The notes: generated by a model not told the origin, from the sequence alone. Counted from the whole stretch's first letter, positions 39,073 to 51,482 are shown. The stretch: DNA of 63,920 bases, filler included, from Atractiella rhizophila (GCA_021432655.1; 5 parts of 5 records of this genome joined end to end with filler, not necessarily neighbours in it), one strand, 5' to 3'. Numbers and translations are program-made.

Positions 39073-40383
39073 CTAAAAATCCTCCTCAAGATCTTTCGAT
39101 TGGGTAACACTCGTTTTCGGCGACTGATCGGCGAATTGTCCAAATTGTCGTTCTTGGTGCATCATTTTCGAATCAAAATATTCTCCCTGGGCCCGAAGAT
39201 ATTGCTCCTTGTTCATAATCGTTCTACACTCCCTTTCCCGGTGTCCTATCTTTTGGCATCGCCTGCAACGGGGAGGTCTAGACTTTGTCGCGTCGACTTC
39301 CATGTCATCGGGGTCTTTGGCCCTATGAGCGTGTGGGGCGGCGTTGGGTGACGGGTCGGCGACCGGTGACAAGGCGGCGCTCGGTCGATACGATACGGAC
39401 GTTCTGTTCTCTCTGTGCTTTGAGGATTTTGAGTTGTCCCTTTTTGCAGAAAACGTATTTTGTGGTCCGTCTTTCGCCGATGGGATGTTTCGAAAGAAGG
39501 TTGAATGCGCAGATTCTTCCGCATCAATTCGCCGAGATTTTTCTTTCCAGTCTTCCAGCGATTTTGGGAACTCCCCTTGGGTTACTTTGAGATGTAGGGT
39601 AGGATTGAGTCCTCGTTTGAAGAAAAAGGTAAGGGCTTCATCATCAAAGTCAGCTTGATTTGCCAATTCTTCGAACTTGATGATGTAGGTTTCTAGGTTC
39701 CCCTTTTGCTGGAGGGAAGATATTTTTGTCTGTGCAATGAGCTTATGGTCTGTCTTACAGAAACACGCTTTGAACTCCGACAAAAATTGTTCCCACGCAA
39801 TTTGTTCCTCATTTTCGACAAGTCGGCGCAAAATCCCAGCGGCGAATTTTTCCGCATCTCCTTCTTTCATGTAAGAAAGGGTAAATAGGATTTTCGATTT
39901 TTCAGTCGGGAATTGACCTGGAACGGTAGAGGTGTAGACGTAAATTTCACGTAAAAATGTCGGAGCTGTGTTAGGAGCTCCTTTGAAGATTGAAGGTGGA
40001 GCGAGCTTGATACCTGCATACGGTGCTACTTGGGCAGTCTGGGATATAGACGGAGGAGAATAAGTTTGAGGTATTGGGTCTGTTCGCGATAAGAAAGGAG
40101 AGGTGGTTCCACTGTCTCTAGGAGGGGGCAGTCTGGAGTCCAATAATTGCAAAATTCGATCATTTGTGTTTTGGACGTCGGACCTCAGTTGCGCAATTTC
40201 GTTCGCATTCTGGGAGGTTTGCGCATTTTGTTGGTTGAAGCTTGATATGAGGTCTTGTTCGAGTTTTTTGAATTGCTTTTCAGTTGTGAGGTGTAGAGTT
40301 TGAAACATCCTTTCTAAGTGCTGGATGCGTTCTTCGCTCGTCGGCGGTTCGCGCGTTTCCATATCTCCCCAAATCTCCGACAT
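39073..40383 (-). CDS. gag: Retrotransposon Gag, 436 aa
   Basis: PSIFKG, FPTEKSKILFTLSYMKEGDA, LQQKGNLETYIIKFEELA, FKRGLN, DDMEVDA and CCHC knuckle CRRCQKIGHREREC. Confidence 0.92.
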   Translation of the reverse strand: MSEIWGDMETREPPTSEERIQHLERMFQTLHLTTEKQFKKLEQDLISSFNQQNAQTSQNANEIAQLRSDVQNTNDRILQLLDSRLPPPRDSGTTSPFLSRTDPIPQTYSPPSISQTAQVAPYAGIKLAPPSIFKGAPNTAPTFLREIYVYTSTVPGQFPTEKSKILFTLSYMKEGDAEKFAAGILRRLVENEEQIAWEQFLSEFKACFCKTDHKLIAQTKISSLQQKGNLETYIIKFEELANQADFDDEALTFFFKRGLNPTLHLKVTQGEFPKSLEDWKEKSRRIDAEESAHSTFFRNIPSAKDGPQNTFSAKRDNSKSSKHRENRTSVSYRPSAALSPVADPSPNAAPHAHRAKDPDDMEVDATKSRPPRCRRCQKIGHRERECRTIMNKEQYLRAQGEYFDSKMMHQERQFGQFADQSPKTSVTQSKDLEEDF

Positions 40384-40426
40384 TTTTTACGTTCGGTTTC
40401 AAAATTTTAAGGAGAGAGTATTCTTC

Positions 40427-40916
40427 TGTTAGGGCTAACACTATGTGCGGTCGCCGATAGGCGATGCGTCTGTAGTGGAGGTAAACCTAAGAGAATAGTA
40501 TGGCATAAGAAGACTAACCTGTAGTGGAGGTAAACCTAAGAGAATACTCTGAGGTCACCACCACTACATCTCGATGTATATATACATATGTAAAAGCACT
40601 GCCATAAACTGTACCATAAGTTTCTTGAAACATGTAAGATAGCTAGATCAGGAAAGCAATAAAAGGAAAGCTCGGAAATAAGACATACTGAGTAGTACAA
40701 GCGAGAAAGGACAATAAAGCAATAATTGAGACGGTGCAGACCGGCGAAATGTATAAGGTTTGCTGAGCGGCGATTCGTGTGAGACAGGGGAAGGCGGCGA
40801 TCAGCGAGAACGTGAGCAAAGCGGCGATGGGCAGGCGCGTGGTCCCATGGCATGGTAAAGTGGGTCACGTGACTTTAGATGGTGCATTTCGGTAATGCGT
40901 AGGGGCAAGCCTGACA
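40427..40916 (-). repeat. Putative 5' LTR of element A (490 bp)
   Basis: Minus strand begins TGTCAGG and ends CCTAACA (6/7 inverted match). Contains a TATA-like run near 40577-40585 and a 28-bp direct repeat (40470-40497, 40519-40546). Partner LTR not in window. Confidence 0.75.
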
Positions 40917-41068
40917 ACCCCAGTAAAGTACTGTTCAATTCTGGAAGACTGTCTAAATGCACCCTTTGAGAGCAAAGTTAGTATGTACTGTCAATTTAGT
41001 GAAATGACAAACCTTGTATGTATAACCCCAAGATCGCGACTGCTTTTGGAAGAGTCGGAATGAGCAAA

Positions 41069-42427
41069 TCAATAGGCAGTGATTACTGGAGGGGAAAACC
41101 AGCTGCCATCACATGAGAAGTCTTGAATGTGTATGTGGACGTATCTCAAAGTAGTTTGAGAAGGCAAAATGGTATGAGTGACATTAGGTGGATCTTCATG
41201 GTGATAGGATGAGATTTGAATTATTAAATGAAGTTTCTGGACCACATCAGAGAATAAGTCAAGAAAGGAGATCAGCCACGTCCTTACCTCCACCGTTGAA
41301 CTTCAGAACAGTGACAGAAGGGACCATTATTATTGGTAAAATGGTTTGAGGAAGCCTTGCCCAAGTAGTCTTAGGTGGTGTATTCAACACTTTAATCGAA
41401 GAAGTGGGTATACTAAGGATGATTGGGTATATAAACCCTTCCCAATCGGTCGTATCAGCTGTCAACATGATATTCGAAAATGTGATAGATGTGTTTATTG
41501 TTAACCAGTGCCCAAACCAGATGACATCACCATGACAAACTAGATGATCAAGAGTGAGGGGGACATTGATAGATATCAGAGGCAGGTTATGACTGGTGGA
41601 CCTGTATTCTGGAGATAAATATAGATGCTGCAGGGATCGAGAAACATTGGCAAGGAGAGATAGAAGTTCCTGAGAAGGTGAATGGGTGATTGTTAAGTGA
41701 AGTTTGAATATGGGCATCAGGCAGAGTTGGAGAAAGCTATGGAGCTGGAGGACTGATTGAGGATCATTACAATAGTCCTGGACAGCTTGTGTTCTGAATA
41801 CCAACCTCCTGCCTTCTAAATACCAGCCATAATACACCTTGCAGACCTTGAGAAAGCGTCTATAATGCATAGGATAACCATGAGGTAGACCCCATTCTCC
41901 ACAGTGATGAGAATGAGATGCCATGCACTCCTAAATCCAACATATAGGGCAATAAAGATCCCATAGATGGTGGATGACAAGATTCCAGAGTCGTAGGGCA
42001 GAGTTAGCCTCCCAACAAACGGATAATATAAACAAGAAGAACGTAAGACCGGTTCTTGAAAATTAGGTGCTTGGATCGATGCGGTACACCCATGGATACC
42101 TGTGCCTAAGGTGGCAGGCAGGTTCATGGCGAAGATATCCCGGAAACATTGTTCTTCATGTGAAATAACAGCAGAAGGAATTAGGTGCTTGAAGATAATG
42201 AAATAAGGCAGAACAGTGCTGTTGCACTGTTCGGAAGAGTGGCGCTCGCTAGATCTAGGTAATACCCAGCTAGGTTCGAAATGGGTCCAGATATCGTACC
42301 AGGTACCGAACTGATCACTTGGATATTCGTCATCAGACATCTGATCCAACACAGTCAGTTTGAGGTGGGACTTATGAGGTCTTGCGTTTTCAGATGATGA
42401 TGAACTAGTTGGTCTGATGAGTGGCAA
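41069..42427 (-). pseudogene. Frameshifted hypothetical F-box/LRR-like gene between the two Gypsy elements
   Basis: Three overlapping ORFs (41816-42427, 41259-41924, 41069-41293), with FLKVCK..RRLVF and SLQHLYLS. Strongly CpG-depleted. Confidence 0.4.
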
Positions 42428-42564
42428 TGATTGTGGAGAATAAAGGTCAGCTCACCGGTCGGATATCAGCTGGAGTAGCACTTTATGCTTGAAACTTTGT
42501 TACCTTACTGAAGAGTTCAGAAATTGCTTGGTGCAAGAGTCTAACGTATTGGTACAAGTTTCGG

Positions 42565-43370
42565 TGAAGTTGCTTATCCCGGACTAGAGAGAGAGTTCAA
42601 AGTTGGGAATAAACATTTGGTGGGCAAACACCAAAGCAGTTTAGTGAAAAAGAACTAGAGCAGCAACTAGTGCTTTTGCAATGGAAAATGCGCTTTTCAA
42701 CACTATAATTGACCCAAAGTACACTGAGCAAGCACCTGGGGACGAGAGAAACAATTATGAAGTCAAACGAAAGCGTAGAATGCTCACAGCACAAGTGAGG
42801 GATGTTATCTCCCCCTAAACTTTCCCCTTTTATGGCTTTCCTCCCCCTCCAGCACTCCACCAAGCTCCACTTCTTTTCCTTCCTCATCCTCTGATCTCCT
42901 ATATCCTTTCCTAAGTCCTATGTTGCCCTATTTCCTTTTATCTTGCCCACGTTTTCTATCTTGTCCAATCGCCATTGTCTTCTTATTTAAGGTTAAGATG
43001 GAGTTTTCTATTGACCCTTGTTCTATCTTGAATTGGCTGTTGCCTACATTTCCTTGTTCTGATTGAATTAAAACATGGTTGCGGAGTTATGTGTTGTGGG
43101 GAAGTAAGTAATTTGGTTGATGATGCAGTGAAATAGGTCATTTGTCTGGCACGTGCCCGTCTTTGGCGTATGCTCTTCATGTGACGATATGTACAGACAG
43201 GATGGGGTACATCATGTCCCTCCTGTTTGCCGAGTTGCCCCCGACGAGTTTAAACTGTAACCAGACCCTAACCCTATGTTGGGCAGGTCGTTCACCTCCC
43301 TGACCTAAAGTCAACATATAAACCACCATCCCTTCGTCAACTCCCCCAACTTCAACCACCATCTTCCTCA
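42565..43370 (-). repeat. 3' LTR of element B (806 bp)
   Basis: Minus strand TGAGG..CTTCA, directly preceded by polypurine tract GAAAAGGGGGGAGGG. First ~163 bp on plus match 51483-51646. Confidence 0.85.
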
Positions 43371-43761
43371 CCCTCCCCCCTTTTCGTCTGCAAGCTGTCA
43401 GGTCGTAAAGAGCGACTAGTGAGTAACGAATAGGGCGGCAAGTTCTTTTTAATTTCGAGTGAAATTTGTACGGGGTTTCATTACCGTGTCATTTTTTGCT
43501 TGCGCTTAATGGACTTACCGCTTTCTCCCTCACGCGCGGAGGACCGAAGACTCTTTCTTTTCATGTCGAAGGTGCTTCAAGATAGAACTTGAAAAGAAGG
43601 CCAAAGATATTTTGCGTAGGACTCGTTTGCAGACTGATGAACATTTTGTAGAGTTTCCTCATACGTTCTCCTTTTAAGTAGTGGCTGGGTTGGTGTTCAT
43701 TTTTCACATTGGGTCCAGCAAATTGAAGCGTTCTTCATGATTTGCAGAACTTCGATTTTAA

Positions 43762-44933
43762 GTATGGGCATCTGCCTGCTTCGTCCGCTTTTTGGGACTC
43801 TCCTTGCCTTCTTGTAGGCTCCCTTGACTTCTCTTCACTTCCCCAGTTCTTCCTGCGTGCGGTTGAAGGTTTCCTCTCCATCTGGTTAACTGTGGAGAAG
43901 GCCCAGGAGCTCGCCGCCTTGTAAACTTGATTTTTCCTCCAAGCTCGACCGATCTTCCTTTGCCAACCCATCGTTACTTCCTTTCCGTGGTCTATATTTC
44001 TGCCTCTTGGTCTGCTGGGCCTGCTATTTGTCTCCTTTGAGTTCGGAATGATTCATGGGAACCTAAGCAATTTCTGTTCAAAGAGCGTAAATGGATTGAG
44101 CGACAACTCCGCCAGCTGCAACATATTTTCTTCAAGGACTTCTGCTTTTTCTGGACTCATCGCACCATTGGCCAAGTCAACTATGGTTCCTCTGTCCTTT
44201 CTGCGTGGCGTGGGTGGCAAGAAAGTGGTGTTCGCCCTGAAATGTTGGAGCCTTCCGCAATTATTGCGGCTGTATCGTCATCTCGTATTTGGGTTCGATT
44301 CTCAGCGTAAGTATCCCATCCTTGATCTATGCCCCCTTCTTGCGTTGACATGTTATTTCTAGGTGGCGTCCTCTGTTATCTTCGTCATGCTCTTTAAGTT
44401 CCTGTGCTGGGCCATCTTCAGCTTTTCCAGCTCAATTCGGTGCTTTCGTTGGGATTCTCTCGTCTGTTATGTACAGTTTCGATGTATTTTATTTGAAGCA
44501 TTGGTTACGCGCAGCTGATTTCTTTGAGTTTTGTCTCGACTCGGAATTTCCGCCCTATAAAGAAGCTTGTGATATTCAGACCCAGGTCCTTCAAACCCCT
44601 TTCGATCCAGACCGCTGTCTTTCTTCCGTTGACAACTTCAAGTCTTCTCATCGTCCTCCTCTCCAAGTTTTCATTACCCAAACATACTCCAATCCTGCAG
44701 TTTTCCTTTTTTCATTTCGAGGTTCAGAGTATCAAAAGCCTTCAGGCATTCGTACTGAAGAAGAGCAAATTGAAAGGCGAAATAAACGGAAGGCTAATGA
44801 GTTGAATAGAGCTTTGAAAGGAGATTCGAAAAAGTAAGTCATTTGTGTCTATTGGAATGAAGTGATTCTAAAAATTTCAAAATTTTCTAGTAAACGTCAA
44901 AGAGAAAAGGCTAAGCAAAAGCGGAATGTTTAG
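43762..44933 (+). pseudogene. Spliced antisense accessory ORF inside element B (exons ~43762-44306, 44363-44833, 44891-44933)
   Basis: Two GTAAGT..CTAG introns (56 and 57 nt) join 259 uninterrupted codons from 44041. The frame extends 5' through three TGA stops. Confidence 0.7.
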
Positions 44934-47908
44934 CTTTGAAAATGAAACCAATATCTCCTCCCTCCTGTTTGAATTCTTTGTCTGTATTTTATACTGTTTT
45001 CGTATTTCTGGTATATATTTTCCTCGTTTTTCTAGGGTGTTATTATTTTTCCTTTGTTATTTTTGTATTTTTCCATGTCCTCCATTTATCCCCAAACATG
45101 GTCTTCATCCAGCTGTTTCTTCTTTGGGTTTCGCCGCAATGTATACATCCTCCCTCCAGTTTTCACGACTGGCCCCCCAGTCTAAGCCAACTGTTCCTTT
45201 GATGGTTGTGTAGCTTTCCTTTGTCCCGGATCGTCTTTATTTTGTGAGTTTAAGCCTTCCTCATCTGTCTCCTCCTCTTCGTCCCTCTCACGTTCCTCCT
45301 CAATGCTCCGTTTCCCCCAAGCCGTTAGAGTCTCTTCGACCAGATCACCCTCTCCATCGTCCACCACGGCTGTTATTGTGCCTTCTTCCACCAATTGTTT
45401 CCTCAAGTAGTACCGTCTAAGTCGTTTTGCTGCCACTAATCCATCGATTGCCATCCCATCCAACTCCTCCAACAAATAAGATCCCCTGTCCTTTCATTCC
45501 CTGATTTTGTAGGGTCCAAACCATCTTGTGCATAGCTTCTTGCTGTGAGCCATTTCTAACCTTGCATTCTGCTTCAAAACTAGCATTCCCAGCTCCACAG
45601 GGTCTCGAATTTTAGGTGCATTTCGTCGATCAAGGTATGTCATCCCTTCCTCCCTGGCTTTTCTTAATTTCCTGACCACCCTTTCTAGATCCTCATCTCG
45701 TACCTCGATTTGCCTCATCCTTGCCACAATTAAATCCTTCCTCGACATAGTCTCCTCGAATTTGGATATATAAAACGTCAAAAGCTCGAAGTCAACCAGT
45801 AGTAATGATTCACACCCAGGGAGTAGTTGGAATGGTGACAGGTTTGTAGTCCTTTGGGTTGATACTCGTTCCGCAAATAATGCCCTGTTGAGGTGTAGGT
45901 GCCATTCCCATGGTCTGTCGATACTGGCTTTCTCAATTGCTTTTATGATTTCCTGATGCCCTCTCTCGACTCGTCCATTTGCTTCTGAGTGGTAAGGTGT
46001 TGGATTGATGTATTTGCTCCCGCTCATTAAAATTGCTACCTTCGCCTCTCCCCGAAATTTAGGTCCTCCATCCACAACATAGCATCCAAACAATCCCCAT
46101 CGCCATTTCACTTCCTCCACAAAACTCGCAATATTCTTTGCTCGAATCCTTTTCAATGCCTTCCCTTCTGGCCAACCAGTCAAATCATCCTTCAATAACA
46201 ATAAGTAGGGGTATGGTCCCACTCCCATATGCACAACGTCCATTCCAACCTTTGAAAAAATACCAATACCCATGGGTACAGTTGCTTGGTGCGTTTCTTC
46301 CTCAGTCGTTCTTGCATTTTTCTGACATGCATCACAGCTCCGAACGTATTTCCCAACCCATCTCTTCATGCCAGGCCACCATCCTCTTGATTTCAGCCTT
46401 CTGTAAGTCTCTTGCTGTCCTCGATGGCCCAAGTCTTCATGTACTGATCTTGCAAATGCTCTACGTTCTTCTTCCCTATCGACTACCCTAACATGAATCC
46501 CATATTCCTTCCTTTGCTACAGTTCTCCCTCCTGTAAGAAGAAATCCCCGGCTCTCCGTTTAACCCTTTTGAATGCTTTATCTGAAATATCGTCCATTCG
46601 CTGAAGTGTCTGCAGAAATCGTTCTAACGCTGTGAATTGTGTATCTGGATAGTTGTGTGAGTTGAAATTGACCCCCTGCCGCTCCAGTTGGTTGACATTA
46701 AGTTGCAGATTCCCAATCACTATCTTTTCCTCTTCCTCTACCATATCTTCTGTCCTTGCTACTTGAGATAATGCGTCTGGTAAAAGGAATTGTGCCCCCG
46801 GATGATATCTAATATCGAATATCAAGAGATGAATAAAGGCATTCCATAGTGCCATTGGTGCATTTGGAAGGTTGGGTGAGTTTATCATCTGCAGTAGAGA
46901 TATAGCGTCAATGACAAGCGTGAAGTGAGTTCCTTAGAGGTCATGTCTCAATTTCACAAATATCTTTGCCACCCCAGCCAGTTCCAGCTTCGATTGTGAG
47001 TACCTCTTCTCGACTTCTGTGAAACTTATTGACTCGTATTTGACCGGTTGTGGCTTTCCACATTCATCCTCCTGTGCCAAAATTCCTCCTGCTGTAACTT
47101 GACTTGAATCCACCATTAAGATAATCTTTCCCACTCCTGGACCTCCATTTGGTGCCTTCAGAAGGATGTCTGCTCCAACTATCTGTTTCAGCCTTTCGAG
47201 GACCTCTTGTTACTTCTTCCCCCAAAACCATTCTTGTTTATTCTTCAATAATATCCTCAATGGCACCGTTTCGTCTGAGAATTTGGGAATGAATACTCGA
47301 ACAAATGTCACCGCTCCGTTAAAGGTATGCAATTCGTGAACATCTGTTGGTTGGGGCCTATCTAAAATTTTGTTCCGCTTCCTTGTGGTTATCCTCTTCT
47401 CTTCATATCCGCAATCCATTCCTACTATCTCGACAGATGGGCAGCAAATCGCCAGTTTCTCTCCTGATACTGTAAGTCCCGCCTCTTTCAATCAGAAAAG
47501 TATTCGTTCTAACGTAACTGCATACTCCCAGATAAATCGTCGAATTCCTAGATTGTTGGGCAAAGCCTCATTATTGTAACGACTTTAGGGCCTTTAACCG
47601 TGATATCGTCGATAAAGATAACAGTAAAAGTTGGTATTTCGTCTTTCATGATGAAAATGGTGCAACGCTGATATTCCGCGACGGAATTGGTAGCTCCTAC
47701 TGGTAATGGTCGCAGTCGAAACTGTCCCAGGGGCGTTTGAAAAGCCATCATGTCCCTCGTCATTTCATCGAGCTGCTGCTGATCATATCCTCCCAAAATA
47801 TCCAAAGCTCCAATGCACGCATATCCCACACACTCATCTGTATGTTCTGCAATGTTAGGAGGCAGGCCACCGTCCTTAATTGTCACCCCATTGAGTTTTT
47901 GTAGATTA

Positions 47909-48190
47909 CAAGTGTGTCAGAGGCCTTCGTCCCTCAGGCCCCCAACCCACTCGCAAGAGGCATGGCCCCTTGAACCCTACCCTGACTCAGAATGGGGTTC
48001 GAGTCCTCTCCAAAACACTTTTTTTCACCCTTTCAAAATAAAATTTCGTTGCAGCTTCAGGAAGGCGCAAGCATATACAGTAAGATAGTATAACTCATTT
48101 TGCTTCAATGTGCCTGGTGAGGGAGGTATGAACGCTCAAAAGTGCGTTTTATGACTCATGCCAAGAACGGATGGCTTTTCGAGGTAAGGA
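47909..48190 (-). mobile_element. 282-bp non-autonomous Helitron-like insertion in the RT of element B
   Basis: 5'-TC..CTTG-3' ends, inserted between host A and T with no TSD, GC-rich hairpin just before the 3' end. Removal restores IVHNLQKLNGVTIKD. Confidence 0.75.
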
Positions 48191-50864
48191 TGCACTATTC
48201 AGATCTTCCCATTCGTTTTCTCAACCACAAACCAGGATGATGAATAAGGTGACGCAGCAGGTTCGTAAAGTCCCGTTCGAATTCGTTCTCTGATTAACTT
48301 GATGACTGCTGGTTTAAGTGCGATTGGAATAGGAATAGGTTTCTCTTGCCATGGTTCATGTGGTACGGTTGGGATAATTTGTGGATTCGTATACATCCTC
48401 TTTAGAAGGCCTCTTTCGCTAACATCGAAGGCAATAGCTTGCTCCTTCAGTCACAATAACTTCTGCTCCTCCTTGCTTAGCCATCCTTCCAGTCCAAAAT
48501 TCACTATCTTCAGTCTGTCTTCTGTCAACCGCCCTCCAGGGATAAAGGTGGTGGTCTTGGAGTCAAAGGCTTCTTGTAAGGGTCCCTCGAATAAGGTGGC
48601 TGGCACATTGGTGCGTTAACTCCTTGAGGCATTGGTACTTTTACTGGTTTTATTTTCTTGTCCACCGTCTTGTATTTGGTGTTGAGTTATATATCTTCTC
48701 TATCCTTGAATGTTTCATTTTTAATCCTTAAATTTATTGCCAACTGTTTCTATTTGGGAATAGAGATTCCTGCTGCAACCATTAAATGCGCTCTGTCGTC
48801 TTCTCCTGTCACATCGATCCTCCAGCTTCCTTCACCAGGTTCCTTGTCCTTGATTTCGCAATTCCATATCTCCACCACTTCTCCACTCATTTCCTTCTTA
48901 TCATGTTTAGGCAATTCCTCATTCTTCTCCTCTCAAACTTGCCTTCTTCAAGAAGAGCCTCTTAGTTTTCCACCTCTTCCTCCTTTTCTTCAATGGATTC
49001 AGTCGTAATTTTTCCTAGCGCCACATCATCTAGGTTTCGATATTGCCACTTCAAGTTTTCTGCCGGAATTTTGTAATGGAGTCGATGGTAGCTCTGGCGG
49101 ACCGAAATAATAATAGAATCGTCTGGCGTATCGTAATTCAGAAATGCTTTTGAGTCGTGGAGGAATGCTTGTCCAAGGATAATACTGTGGGTTATAGATG
49201 GTGTAACGAAGAAATGCTGAGGAATGGTCATAGATCCTAGATTGATGTCGACATTTTCTACGATTCCAGCAATAGCACTCGTGAGGCCGTTGACTCCTGT
49301 GATAGAATAAGAACTTGTAAGCCATAAGCTTGCTTGTATTGCTTCCTGGGTTGCTTTTGACATTCCATTCATTTGAGCGCCACAATCAATCATTGTAGGA
49401 TATCGTCGCCCAGCCATGGCCTAGGTTTCGCAAAGCGCCGTTCCCTAGAAAGTCCAGTTACTTCTTCTTCTTCCAACGCTTGTTCTGCCGCTATCCTCGC
49501 GTGATGTTGCAGATACATACAATCTACCATCTTCCTTCCAACACCCTTTCGAAGTACCTCCAGTAATGATGGTGCATATTTTTCCACTATTACTTCTGCT
49601 ACTCGTAACTCCTCTTTCATTTGTAGGAGCCCTTTTTGATCCTCCTCGCTAGGCGTATTCTTCTCCTGCATCATGGTTGTTTTCATTTTTATTTCTTCGA
49701 CTGGCTCTGGTTCCTGCACAGCAACGTAGGTTTCCTCCTTTTGGTCTGAGATGATAACACCTGTTTCGAATCGAGTTCCTAAAGCTGGTGGACTCCAAGA
49801 TAAATGAACGTTACTGGCAGACAATGTCGACTGAGCATTGTTTGTTGCAGGCACTTCTACAATAGCTGCTGTTTTCTCTCTCGTCGTTTCTGGTTTGGCT
49901 GGTAAAGGGGTTGTATTCGTTCAAGTCGCGGGGGTCTCTTGCTGATTTTGATTCGTTTGGGGTCCGTTGTTTCGTCCAACCCCTCCTCCATATCCTCCAC
50001 CTCTTCCTCTCCAGTTATTGTTACCATATCCTCCTCTCCCACCATTATTCCATCCTCCACCATTCTAGTTATTATTCCATCCTCCTCCAGTCCCTCCTAG
50101 CCCCACATTCTCCTGAAGTTGACACTGAAGGCTTCCCACTGTTTGAGCCAAACTCGAAATTTGGTCTTGAAGCGCTTGAAAGGCATCATCTGGTTTTGGA
50201 ATGGTAGGTGAAGCTACCTTTGTTTGGATTTTAATCTCATTAACTTTCATCATAGATCCCTTCTCCTTGCTCTTGGTTTGTTTTTACCTATCCTCCTCTT
50301 CTTCGCTTTCAGATTCATCCTCACTGTCACTATCCCTCACTGTCACTATCCCAGCTTTCCAATCTCAGACTCACATTGCGGCTCTTTCCCCCATAATATC
50401 CTTTCCAGGGCTCGTGCCTCCCGTACTCTCTGTCCTCCTCTTCTTCCATTATTCTTTTGATATACTCCCAAACTTTGTCAACCATTGGTACGCTCCTTCT
50501 CCTTCTCTTGTCAGTTCCTTCCATTGTTTTCATTGTCTCTTCCTTTATCCTTTTCATTTCCTCCTCACGCTTCTTCCTTTCACTAATGACCTCCTGGATG
50601 CTTTCCGGTAACAAATCCCAGAAGAAGTATTAAGCCTCCGCTTCTGTGATCTGGTCATTTTCCAATAAGGAGTCAAAGATCTCCTGATATTTTAAGATAT
50701 AAGTTTTTACCTTCTCTTTAGTGTATCGTTTGGATTTGATAAACTGATTTGCCTATTTCTCCAAGCTCCTCCGGGTGTACTCGAATTCTCCAAGGTTAGG
50801 CGCCCATGTCTCAATCGCTCTCCTTTTCAGACCTTCCCAATTTCCATCTTTGAACTCTTGCCAT

Positions 50865-50976
50865 CCCCGCACTGGCTTTTTGATGTCCGATGTCCACACA
50901 TTCCAAAAACACTTTTACTTCCCCACACTGGCTTTTTGATGTCCGATGTCCACACATTCCAAAAACACTTTTACTT
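50865..50976. repeat. 56-bp tandem duplication frameshifting gag of element B
   Basis: 50865-50920 and 50921-50976 are identical except one G/A at a CpG. Confidence 0.9.
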
Positions 50977-51482
50977 TTAGGCTATCCAAAATTTTCTTCT
51001 GGTCCTCCTCTTCCCGTATTGCTATCCTGTCCTCCAACGTTTTCAAGCTCTCCGGGATTTTACTTTCATCAAATTGAATTCCTTTTGCCAGTTTAATGAT
51101 TGAACTCATGTTGGTTTTTGTCACCTGAGGTACATAATTTTCAGTGTGTTTGATTTGGTTGTTGACTGGTTTAAAGGAAATTTCCTCTTCTGTTCGTTCA
51201 ATATCATCTTCAGCCAATCCTCGAGCACTCGCTTACCTCTTCTACCAATCCCAAAACCTCTTCTAGGTTTAGGAAATGGTTTGCTGACGAGTTGTCCACA
51301 TGTGCTCGGAGGCCTTCAATTGCCATCGTGAGTCGTCTACCGTTCTTGTTCTTCTTGAGCTTCAACTGACCAGGCGAACCCAGTGCGGTCAAATCTCTCG
51401 TTCCTGTCAAGGTTGGGTGATCAAACAAATGATAATCAAAGATAAAAAGTAAAGTAACAAATTCCTCTCTCTGAATGCCAAA

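Larger units (their letters stand above)
38879..40916 (-). mobile_element. Ty3/Gypsy LTR retrotransposon A, 5' part (LTR, gag, start of pol); rest lost in gap
   Basis: Intact gag ORF, pol frame continuing at -1, and an upstream LTR-like segment bounded by TG..CA. Confidence 0.9.
45182..51217 (-). pseudogene. gag-pol pseudogene of element B
   Basis: Protease MIDCGAQMN; RT YEPAASPYSSSWFVVEK, LPVGATNS, IFIDD; RNase H LMVDSS, YSQSKLELAG; integrase GHRG..CDACQK, GMDVV, VVDGG, NGRVERGH, WFGPY. Many stops and frameshifts; no chromodomain seen. Confidence 0.93.

Noticed and set aside
40470..40546. 28-bp direct repeat with spacer resembling CRISPR
   Set aside because: Only two units, inside an LTR of a eukaryote, no cas genes
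47996..48025. Pol III B-box GGTTCGAGTCC plus T-run, suggesting a tRNA or SINE
   Set aside because: No A-box, cloverleaf or TSD. It overlaps a hairpin arm of the Helitron-like insert.
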